The translations under genes and the position numbers were made by a program. The notes under the pieces were generated by a model. It was not told where the DNA came from, made no database searches, and saw nothing but the letters and a program-made list of their open reading frames with translations. 64,000 nucleotides of DNA. It comes from the human T2T-CHM13v2.0 reference genome, Homo sapiens. Of this stretch, positions 27,801-39,800 are shown in pieces (within the stretch, counting starts at the first letter, position 1; every line of letters begins with the position of its first letter). The stretch lies in the NCBI RefSeq assembly GCF_009914755.1, contig NC_060925.1; one strand, given 5' to 3'.

Positions 27801-30800
27801 ATTCTGCTAGACAGAAGAATTCTCAGTAACTTCCTTGTGTTGTGTTTATTCAACTCACAGAGTTGAATGATCCTTTACACAGAGCAGACTTGAAACACTC
27901 TTTTTGTGGAATTTGCAAGTGGAGATTTCAGCCGCTTTGAGGTCAATGGTAGAAAAGTAAATATCTTCGTATAAAGACTAGACAGAATGATTCTCAGAAA
28001 CTCCTTTGTGATGTGTGCGTTCAACTCACAGAGTTTAACCTTTCTGTTCATAGAGCAGTTAGGAAACACTCTGTTTGTAAAGTCTGCAAGTGGATATTCA
28101 GACCTCCTTGAGGCCTTCGTTGGAAACGGGATTTCTTCATATTCTGCTAGACAGAAGAATTCTCAGTAACTTCCTTGTGTTGTGTGTATTCAACTCACAG
28201 AGTTGAACGATCCTTTACACAGAGCAGACTTGAAACACTCTTTTTGTGGAATTTGCAAGTGGAGATTTCAGCCGCTTTGAGGTCAATAGTAGAAAAGGAA
28301 ATAGCTTCGTAGAAACACTAGACAGAATGATTCTCAGAAACTCCTTTGTGATGTGTGTGTTCAACTCACAGAGTTTAACCTTTCTTTTCATAGAGCAGTT
28401 AGTAAACACTCTGTTTATAAAGTCTGCAAGTGGATATTCAGACCCCTTTGAGGCCTTCGTTGGAAACGGGATTTCTTCATATTATGCTAGACAGAAGAAT
28501 TCTCAGTAACTTCCTTGTGTTGTGTGTATTCAACTGACAGAGTTGAACTTTCATTTGGAGAGAGCAGATTTGAAACACTGTTTTTGTGGAATTTGCAAGT
28601 GGAGATTTCAAGCGCTTTGGGGCCAAAGGCAGAAAAGGAACTATCTTCGTATAAAAACTAGACAGAATCATTCTCAGAAACTGCTGCGTGATGTGTGCGT
28701 TCAACTCTCAGAGTTTAACCTTTCTTTTCATTCAGCGGTTTGGAAACACTCTGTTTGTAAAGTCTGCACGTGGATATTTTGACCACTTAGAGGCCTTCGT
28801 TGGAAACGGGTTTTTTTCATGTAAGGCTAGACAGAAGAATTCCCAGTAACTTCCTTGTGTTGTGTGCATTCAACTCACAGAGTTGAACGTTCCCTTAGAC
28901 AGAGCAGATTTGAAACACTCTATTTGTGCAATTTGCAAGTGTAGATTTCAAGCGCTTTAAGGTCAACGGCAGAAAAGGAAATATCTTCGTTTCAAAACTA
29001 GACAGAATCATTCCCACAAACTGCGTTGTGATGTGTTCGTTCAACTCACAGAGTTTAACCTTTCTGTTCATAGAGCAGTTAGGAAACACTCTGTTTGTAA
29101 AGTCTGTAAGTGGATATTCTGATATCTTGTGGCCTTCGTTGGAAACGGGATTTCTTCATATGCTGCTAGACAGAAGAATTCTCAGTAACTTCCTTGTGTT
29201 GTGTGTATTCAACTCACAGAGTTGAACGATCCTTTACACAGAGCAGACTTGAAACACTCTTTTTGTGGAATTTGCAAGTGGAGATTTCAGCCGCTTTGAG
29301 GTCAATGGTAGAAAAGGAAACTATCTTCATATAAAGACTAGACAGAATGATTCTCAGAAAATCTTTTGTGATGTGTGCGTTCAACTCACAGAGTTTAACT
29401 TTTCTTCTCATAGAGCAGTTAGGAAACACTCTGTTTGTAAAGTCTGCAAGTGGATATTCAGACCTGTTTGAGGCCTTCGTTGGAAACGGGATTTCTTCAT
29501 ATTATGCTAGACAGAATAATTCTCAGTAACTTCCTTGTGTTGTGTGTATTCAACTCACAGAGTTGAAGGATCCTTTACAGAGAGCAGGCTTGAAACACTC
29601 TTTTTGTCGAATTTGCAAGTGGAGATTTCAGCCGATTTGAGGTCAATGGTAGAATAGGAAATATCTTCTTATAGAAACTAGACAAAATGATTCTCATGAA
29701 CTCCTTTGTGATGTGTGCGTTCAACTCACAGAGTTTAACCTTTCTTTTCATAGAGCAGTTAGGAAACACTCTGTTTGTAAAGTCTGCAAGTGGATATTCA
29801 GACCTCCTTGAGGCCTTCGTTGGAAACGGGATTTCTTCATATTCTGCTAGACAGAAGAATTCTCAGTAACTTCCTTGTGTTGTGTGTATTCAACTCACAG
29901 AGTTGAACGATCCTTTACACAGAGCAGACTTGAAACATTCTTTTTGTGAAATTTGCAAGTGGAGATTTCAGCCTCTTTGAGGTCAATGGTAGAATAGGAA
30001 ATATCTTCCTATAGAAACTAGACAGAACGATTCTCAGAAACTCCTTTGTGATGTGTGCGTTCAACTCACAGAGTTTAACCTTTCTTTTCATAGAGCAGTT
30101 AGGAAACACTCTGTTTGTAAAGTCTGCAAGTGGATATTCAGACCTCTTTGAGGCCTTCGTTGGAAACGCGATTTCTTCCTATTCTGCTAGACAGAAGAAT
30201 TCTCAGTAACTTCCTTGTGTTGTGTGTATTCAACTCACAGAGTTGAACGATCCTTTACACAGAGCAGACTTGAAACACTCTTTTTGTGGAATTTGCAAGT
30301 GGAGATTTCAGCCGCTTTGAGGTCAATAGTAGAAAAGGAAATATCTTCGTAGAAAAACTAGACAGAATGATTCTCAGAAACTCCTTTGTGATGTGTGTGT
30401 TCAACTCACAGAGTTTAACCTTTCTTTTCATAGAGCAGTTAGTAAACACTCTGTTTATAAAGTCTGCAAGTGGATATTCAGACCCCTTTGAGGCCTTCGT
30501 TGGAAACGGGATTTCTTCATATTATGCTAGACAGAAGAATTCTCAGTAACTTCCTTGTGTTGTGTGTATTCAACTGACAGAGTTGAACTTTCATTTGGAG
30601 AGAGCAGATTTGAAACACTGTTTTTGTGGAATTTGCAAGTGGAGATTTCAAGCGCTTTGGGGCCAAAGGCAGAAAAGGAAATATCTTCGTATAAAAACTA
30701 GACAGAATCATTCTCAGAAACTGCTGCGTGATGTGTGCGTTCAACTCTCAGAGTTTAACTTTTCTTTTCATTCAGCGGTTTGGAAACACTCTGTTTGTAA

Positions 30801-33800
30801 AGTCTGCACGTGGATATTTTGACCACTTAGAGGCCTTCGTTGGAAACGGGTTTTTTTCATGTAAGGCTAGACAGAAGAATTCCCAGTAACTTCCTTGTGT
30901 TGTGTGCATTCAACTCACAGAGTTGAACGTTCCCTTAGACAGAGCAGATTTGAAACACTCTATTTGTGCAATTTGCAAGTGTAGATTTCAAGCGCTTTAA
31001 GGTCAACGGCAGAAAAGGAAATATCTTCGTTTCAAAACTAGACAGAATCATTCCCACAAACTGCGTTGTGATGTGTACGTTCAACTCACAGAGTTTAACC
31101 TTTCTGTTCATAGAGCAGTTAGGAAACACTCTGTTTGTAAAGTCTGTAAGTGGATATTCTGACATCTTGTGGCCTTCGTTGGAAACGGGATTTCTTCATA
31201 TTCTGCTAGACAGAAGAATTCTCAGTAACTTCCTTGTGTTGTGTGTATTCAACTCACAGAGTTGAAGGATCCTTTACAGAGAGGAGGCTTGAAACCCTCT
31301 TTTTGTCGAATTTGCAAGTGGAGATTTCAGCCGCTTTGAGGTCAATGGTAGAATAGGAAATTTCTTCTTATAGAAACTAGACAAAATGATTCTCATGAAC
31401 TCCTTTGTGATGTGTGCGTTCAACTCACAGAGTTTAACCTTTCTTTTCATAGAGCAGTTAGGAAACACTCTGTTTGTAAAGTCTGCAAGTGGATATTCAG
31501 ACCCCTTTGAGGCCTTCGTTGGAAACGGGATTTCTTCATATTCTGCTAGACAGAAGAATTCTCAGTAACTTCCTTGTGTTGTGTTTATTCAACTCACAGA
31601 GTTGAATGATCCTTTACACAGAGCAGACTTGAAACACTCTTTTTGTGGAATTTGCAAGTGGAGATTTCAGCCGCTTTGAGGTCAATGGTAGAAAAGTAAA
31701 TATCTTCGTATAAAGACTAGACAGAATGATTCTCAGAAACTCCTTTGTGATGTGTGCGTTCAACTCACAGAGTTTAACCTTTCTGTTCATAGAGCAGTTA
31801 GGAAACACTCTGTTTGTAAAGTCTGCAAGTGGATATTCAGACCTCCTTGAGGCCTTCTTTGGAAACGGGGTTTCTTCATATTCTGTTAGACAGAAGAATT
31901 CTCAGTAACTTCCTTGTGTTGTGTGTATTCAACTCACAGAGTTGAACGATCCTTTACACAGAGCAGACTTGAAACACTCTTTTTGTGGAATTTGCAAGTG
32001 GAGATTTCAGCTGCTTTGAGGTCAATGGTAGAAAAGGAAATATCTTCGTATAAAGACTAGACAGAACGATTCTCAGAAACTCCTTTGTGATGTGTGCGTT
32101 CAACTCACAGAGTTTAACTTTTCTTTTCATAGAGCAGTTAGTAAACACTCTGTTTATAAAGTCTGCAAGTGGATATTCAGACCCCTTTGAGGCCTTCGTT
32201 GGAAACAGGATTTCTTCATATTATGCTAGACAGAAGAATTCTCAGTAACTTCCTTGTGTTGTGTGTATTCAACTGACAGAGTTGAACTTTCATTTAGAGA
32301 GAGCAGATTTGAAACACTGTTTTTGTGGAATTTGTAAGTGGAGATTTCAAGCGCTTTGGGGCCAAAGGCAGAAAAGGAAATATCTTCGTATAAAAACTAG
32401 ACAGAATCATTCTCAGAAACTGCTGCGTGATGTGTGCATTCAACTCTCAGAGTTTAACTTTTCTTTTCATTCAGCGGTTTGGAAACACTATGTTTGTAAA
32501 GTCTGCACGTGGATATTTTGACCACTTAGAGGCCTTCGTTGGAAACGGGATTTTTTCATGTAAGGCTAGACAGAAGAATTCCCAGTAACTTCCTTGTGTT
32601 GTGTGCATTCAACTCACAGAGTTGAACGTTCCCTTAGACAGAGCAGATTTGAAACACTCTATTTGTGCAATTTCCAAGTGTAGATTTCAAGCGCTTTAAG
32701 GTCAACGGCAGAAAAGGAAATATCTTCGTTTCAAAACTAGACAGAATCATTCCCACAAACTGCGTTGTGATGTGTTCGTTCAACTCACAGAGTTTAACCT
32801 TTCTGTTCATAGAGCAGTTAGGAAACACTCTGTTTGTAAAGTCTGTAAGTGGATATTCTGACATCTTGTGGCCTTCGTTGGAAACGGGATTTCTTCATAT
32901 TCTGCTAGACAGAAGAATTCTCAGTAACTTCCTTGTGTTGTGTGTATTCAACTCACAGAGTTGAACGATACTTTACACAGAGCAGACTTGAAACACTCTT
33001 TTTGTGGAATTTGCAAGTGGAGATTTCAGCCGCTTTGAGGTCAATGGTAGAAAAGGAAGCTATCTTCATATAAAGACTAGACAGAATGATTCTCAGAAAA
33101 TCTTTTGTGATGTGTGCGTTCAACTCACAGAGTTTAACTTTTCTTCTCATAGAGCAGTTAGGAAACACTCTGTTTGTAAAGTCTGCAAGTGGATATTCAG
33201 ACCTCTTTGAGGCCTTCGTTGGAAACGGGATTTCTTCATATTATGCTAGACAGAATAATTCTCAGTAACTTCCTTGTGTTGTGTGTATTCAACTCACAGA
33301 GTTGAAGGATCCTTTACAGAGAGCAGGCTTGAAACACTCTTTTTGTCGAATTTGCAAGTGGAGATTTCAGCCGCTTTGAGGTCAATGGTAGAATAGGAAA
33401 TATCTTCTTATAGAAACTAGACAGAATGATTCTCATAAACTCCTTTGTGATGTGTGCGTTCAACTCACAGAGTTTAACCTTTCTTTTCATAGAGCAGTTA
33501 GGAAACACTCTGTTTGAAAAGTCTGCAAGTGGATATTCAGACCTCCTTGAGGCCTTCGTTGGAAACGGGATTTCTTCATATTCTGCTAGACAGAAGAATT
33601 CTCAGTAACTTCCTTGTGTTGTGTTTATTCAACTCACAGAGTTGAATGATCCTTTACACAGAGCAGACTTGAAACACTCTTTTTGTGGAATTTGCAAGTG
33701 GAGATTTCAGCCGCTTTGAGGTCAATGGTAGAAAAGTAAATATCTTCGTATAAAGACTAGACAGAATGATTCTCAGAAACTCCTTTGTGATGTGTGCGTT

Positions 33801-36800
33801 CAACTCACAGAGTTTAACCTTTCTGTTCATAGAGCAGTTAGGAAACACTCTGTTTGTAAAGTCTGCAAGTGGATATTCAGACCTCCTTGAGGCCTTCGTT
33901 GGAAACGGGATTTCTTCATATTCTGCTAGACAGAAGAATTCTCAGTAACTTCCTTGTGTTGTGTGTATTCAACTCACAGAGTTGAACGATCCTTTACACA
34001 GAGCAGACTTGAAACACTCTTTTTGTGGAATTTGCAAGTGGAGATTTCAGCCGCTTTGAGGTCAATAGTAGAAAAGGAAATAGCTTCGTAGAAAAACTAG
34101 ACAGAATGATTCTCAGAAACTCCTTTGTGATGTGTGTGTTCAACTCACAGAGTTTAACCTTTCTTTTCATAGAGCAGTTAGTAAACACTCTGTTTATAAA
34201 GTCTGCAAGTGGATATTCAGACCCCTTTGAGGCCTTCGTTGCAAACGGGATTTCTTCATATTATGCTAGACAGAAGAATTCTCAGTAACTTCCTTGTGTT
34301 GTGTGTATTCAACTGACAGAGTTGAACTTTCATTTGGAGAGAGCAGATTTGAAACACTGTTTTTGTGGAATTTGCAAGTGGAGATTTCAAGCGCTTTGGG
34401 GCCAAAGGCAGAAAAGGAAATATCTTCGTATAAAAACTAGACAGAATCATTCTCAGAAACTGCTGCGTGATGTGTGCGTTCAACTCTCAGAGTTTAACCT
34501 TTCTTTTCATTCAGCGGTTTGGAAACACTCTGTTTGTAAAGTCTGCACGTGGATATTTTGACCACTTAGAGGCCTTCGTTGGAAACGGGTTTTTTTCATG
34601 TAAGGCTAGACAGAAGAATTCCCAGTAACTTCCTTGTGTTGTGTGCATTCAACTCACAGAGTTGAACGTTCCCTTAGACAGAGCAGATTTGAAACACTCT
34701 ATTTGTGCAATTTCCAAGTGTAGATTTCAAGCGCTTTAAGGTCAACGGCAGAAAAGGAAATATCTTCGTTTCAAAACTAGACAGAATCATTCCCACAAAC
34801 TGCGTTGTGATGTGTTCGTTCAACTCACAGAGTTTAACCTTTCTGTTCATAGAGCAGTTAGGAAACACTCTGTTTGTAAAGTCTGTAAGTGGATATTCTG
34901 ACATCTTGTGGCCTTCGTTGGAAACGGGATTTCTTCATATTCTGCTAGACAGAAGAATTCTCAGTAACTTCCTTGTGTTGTGTGTATTCAACTCACAGAG
35001 TTGAACGATCCTTTACACAGAGCAGACTTGAAACACTCTTTTTGTGGAATTTGCAAGTGGAGATTTCAGCCGCTTTGATGTCAATGGTAGAAAAGGAAAC
35101 TATCTTCATATAAAGACTAGACAGAATGATTCTCAGAAAATCTTTTGTGATGTGTGCGTTTAACTCACAGAGTTTAACTTTTCTTCTCATAGAGCAGTTA
35201 GGAAACACTCTGTTTGTAAAGTCTGCAAGTGGATATTCAGACCTCTTTGAGGCCTTCGTTGGAAACGGGATTTCTTCATATTATGCTAGACAGAATAATT
35301 CTCAGTAACTTCCTTGTGTTGTGTGTATTCAACTCACAGAGTTGAAGGATCCTTTACAGAGAGCAGGCTTGAAACACTCTTTTTGTCGAATTTGCAAGTG
35401 GAGATTTCAGCCGCTTTGAGGTCAATGGTAGAATAGGAAATATCTTCTTATAGAAACTAGACAGAATGATTCTCATAAACTCCTTTGTGATGTGTGCGTT
35501 CAACTCACAGAGTTTAACCTTTCTTTTCATAGAGCAGTTAGGAAACACTCTGTTTGAAAAGTCTGCAAGTGGATATTCAGACCTCCTTGAGGCCTTCGTT
35601 GGAAACGGGATTTCTTCATATTCTGCTAGACAGAAGAATTCTCAGTAACTTCCTTGTGTTGTGTTTATTCAACTCACAGAGTTGAATGATCCTTTACACA
35701 GAGCAGACTTGAAACACTCTTTTTGTGGAATTTGCAAGTGGAGATTTCAGCCGCTTTGAGGTCAATGGTAGAAAAGTAAATATCTTCGTATAAAGACTAG
35801 ACAGAATGATTCTCAGAAACTCCTTTGTGATGTGTGCGTTCAACTCACAGAGTTTAACCTTTCTGTTCATAGAGCAGTTAGGAAACACTCTGTTTGTAAA
35901 GTCTGCAAGTGGATATTCAGACCTCCTTGAGGCCTTCGTTGGAAACGGGATTTCTTCATATTCTGCTAGACAGAAGAATTCTCAGTAACTTCCTTGTGTT
36001 GTGTGTATTCAACTCACAGAGTTGAACGATCCTTTACACAGAGCAGACTTGAAACACTCTTTTTGTGGAATTTGCAAGTGGAGATTTCAGCCGCTTTGAG
36101 GTCAATAGTAGAAAAGGAAATAGCTTCGTAGAAAAACTAGACAGAATGATTCTCAGAAACTCCTTTGTGATGTGTGTGTTCAACTCACAGAGTTTAACCT
36201 TTCTTTTCATAGAGCAGTTAGTAAACACTCTGTTTATAAAGTCTGCAAGTGGATATTCAGACCCCTTTGAGGCCTTCGTTGCAAACGGGATTTCTTCATA
36301 TTATGCTAGACAGAAGAATTCTCAGTAACTTCCTTGTGTTGTGTGTATTCAACTGACAGAGTTGAACTTTCATTTGGAGAGAGCAGATTTGAAACACTGT
36401 TTTTGTGGAATTTGCAAGTGGAGATTTCAAGCGCTTTGGGGCCAAAGGCAGAAAAGGAAATATCTTCGTATAAAAACTAGACAGAATCATTCTCAGAAAC
36501 TGCTGCGTGATGTGTGCGTTCAACTCTCAGAGTTTAACCTTTCTTTTCATTCAGCGGTTTGGAAACACTCTGTTTGTAAAGTCTGCACGTGGATATTTTG
36601 ACCCCTTAGAGGCCTTCGTTGGAAACGGGTTTTTTTCATGTAAGGCTAGACAGAAGAATTCCCAGTAACTTCCTTGTGTTGTGTGCATTCAACTCACAGA
36701 GTTGAACGTTCCCTTAGACAGAGCAGATTTGAAACACTCTATTTGTGCAATTTGCAAGTGTAGATTTCAAGCGCTTTAAGGTCAACGGCAGAAAAGGAAA

Positions 36801-39800
36801 TATCTTCGTTTCAAAACTAGACAGAATCATTCCCACAAACTGCGTTGTGATGTGTTCGTTCAACTCACAGAGTTTAACCTTTCTGTTCATAGAGCAGTTA
36901 GGAAACACTCTGTTTGTAAAGTCTGTAAGTGGATATTCTGATATCTTGTGGCCTTCGTTGGAAACGGGATTTCTTCATATTCTGCTAGACAGAAGAATTC
37001 TCAGTAACTTCATTGTGTTGTGTGTATTCAACTCACAGAGTTGAATGATCCTTTACACAGAGCAGACTTGAAACACTCTTTTTGTGGAATTTGCAAGTGG
37101 AGATTTCAGCCGCTTTGAGGTCAATGGTAGAAAAGGAAACTATCTTCATATAAAGACTAGACAGAATGATTCTCAGAAAATCTTTTGTGATGTGTGCGTT
37201 CAACTCACAGAGTTTAACTTTTCTTCTCATAGAGCAGTTAGGAAACACTCTGTTTGTAAAGTCTGCAAGTGGATATTCAGACCTGTTTGAGGCCTTCTTT
37301 GGAAACGGGATTTCTTCATATTATGCTAGACAGAATAATTCTCAGTAACTTCCTTGTGTTGTGTGTATTCAACTCACAGAGTTGAAGGATCCTTTACAGA
37401 GAGCAGGCTTGAAACACTCTTTTTGTCGAATTTGCAAGTGGAGATTTCAGCCGCTTTGAGGTCAATGGTAGAATAGGAAATATCTTCTTATAGAAACTAG
37501 ACAAAATGATTCTCATGAACTCCTTTGTGATGTGTGCGTTCAACTCACAGAGTTTAACCTTTCTTTTCATAGAGCAGTTAGGAAACACTCTGTTTGTAAA
37601 GTCTGCAAGTGGATATTCAGACCTCCTTGAGGCCTTCGTTGGAAACGGGATTTCTTCATATTCTGCTAGACAGAAGAATTCTCAGTAACTTCCTTGTGTT
37701 GTGTGTATTCAACTCACAGAGTTGAACGATCCTTTACACAGAGCAGAGTTGAAACATTCTTTTTGTGGAATTTGCAAGTGGAGATTTCAGCCGCTTTGAG
37801 GTCAATGGTAGAATAGGAAATATCTTCCTATAGAAACTAGACAGAACGATTCTCAGAAACTCCTTTGTGATGTGTGCGTTCAACTCACAGAGTTTAACCT
37901 TTCTTTTCATAGAGCAGTTAGGAAACACTCTGTTTGTAAAGTCTGCAAGTGGATATTCAGACCTCTTTGAGGCCTTCGTTGGAAACGGGATTTCTTCCTA
38001 TTCTGCTAGACAGAAGAATTCTCAGTAACTTCCTTGTGTTGTGTGTATTCAACTCACAGAGTTGAACGATCCTTTACACAGAGCAGACTTGAAACACTCT
38101 TTTTGTGGAATTTGCAAGTGGAGATTTCAGCCGCTTTGAGGTCAATAGTAGAAAAGGAAATATCTTCGTCGAAAAACTAGACAGAATGATTCTCAGAAAC
38201 TCCTTTGTGATGTGTGTGTTCAACTCACAGAGTTTAACCTTTCTTTTCATAGAGCAGTTAGTAAACACTCTGTTTATAAAGTCTGCAAGTGGATATTCAG
38301 ACCCCTTTGAGGCCTTCGTTGGAAACGGGATTTCTTCATATTATGCTAGACAGAAGAATTCTCAGTAACTTCCTTGTGTTGTGTGTATTCAACTGACAGA
38401 GTTGAACTTTCATTTGGAGAGGGCAGATTTGAAACACTGTTTTTGTGGAATTTGCAAGTGGAGATTTCAAGCGCTTTGGGGCCAAAGGCAGAAAAGGAAA
38501 TATCTTCGTATAAAAACTAGACAGAATCATTCTCAGAAACTGCTGCGTGATGTGTGCGTTCAACTCTCAGAGTTTAACTTTTCTTTTCATTCAGCGGTTT
38601 GGAAACACTCTGTTTGTAAAGTCTGCACGTGGATATTTTGACCACTTAGAGGCCTTCGTTGGAAACGGGTTTTTTTCATGTAAGGCTAGACAGAAGAATT
38701 CCCAGTAACTTCCTTGTGTTGTGTGCATTCAACTCACAGAGTTGAACGTTCCCTTAGACAGAGCAGATTTGAAACACTCTATTTGTGCAATTTCCAAGTG
38801 TAGATTTCAAGCGCTTTAAGGTCAACGGCAGAAAAGGAAATATCTTCGTTTCAAAACTAGACAGAATCATTCCCACAAACTGCGTTGTGATGTGTTCGTT
38901 CAACTCACAGAGTTTAACCTTTCTGTTCATAGAGCAGTTAGGAAACACTCTGTTTGTAAAGTCTGTAAGTGGATATTCTGACATCTTGTGGCCTTCGTTG
39001 GAAACGGGATTTCTTCATATTCTGCTAGACAGAAGAATTCTCAGTAACTTCCTTGTGTTGTGTGTATTCAACTCACAGAGTTGAACGATCCTTTACACAG
39101 AGCAGACTTGAAACACTCTTTTTGTGGAATTTGCAAGTGGAGATTTCAGCCGCTTTGATGTCAATGGTAGAAAAGGAAATATCTTCATATAAAGACTAGA
39201 CAGAATGATTCTCAGAAAATCTTTTGTGATGTGTGCGTTTAACTCACAGAGTTTAACTTTTCTTCTCATAGAGCAGTTAGGAAACACTCTGTTTGTAAAG
39301 TCTGCAAGTGGATATTCAGACCTCTTTGAGGCCTTCGTTGGAAACGGGATTTCTTCATATTATGCTAGACAGAATAATTCTCAGTAACTTCCTTGTGTTG
39401 TGTGTATTCAACTCACAGAGTTGAAGGATCCTTTACAGAGAGCAGGCTTGAAACACTCTTTTTGTCGAATTTGCAAGTGGAGATTTCAGCCGCTTTGAGG
39501 TCAATGGTAGAATAGGAAATATCTTCTTATAGAAACTAGACAGAATGATTCTCATAAACTCCTTTGTGATGTGTGCGTTCAACTCACAGAGTTTAACCTT
39601 TCTTTTCATAGAGCAGTTAGGAAACACTCTGTTTGAAAAGTCTGCAAGTGGATATTCAGACCTCCTTGAGGCCTTCGTTGGAAACGGGATTTCTTCATAT
39701 TCTGCTAGACAGAAGAATTCTCAGTAACTTCCTTGTGTTGTGTTTATTCAACTCACAGAGTTGAATGATCCTTTACACAGAGCAGACTTGAAACACTCTT

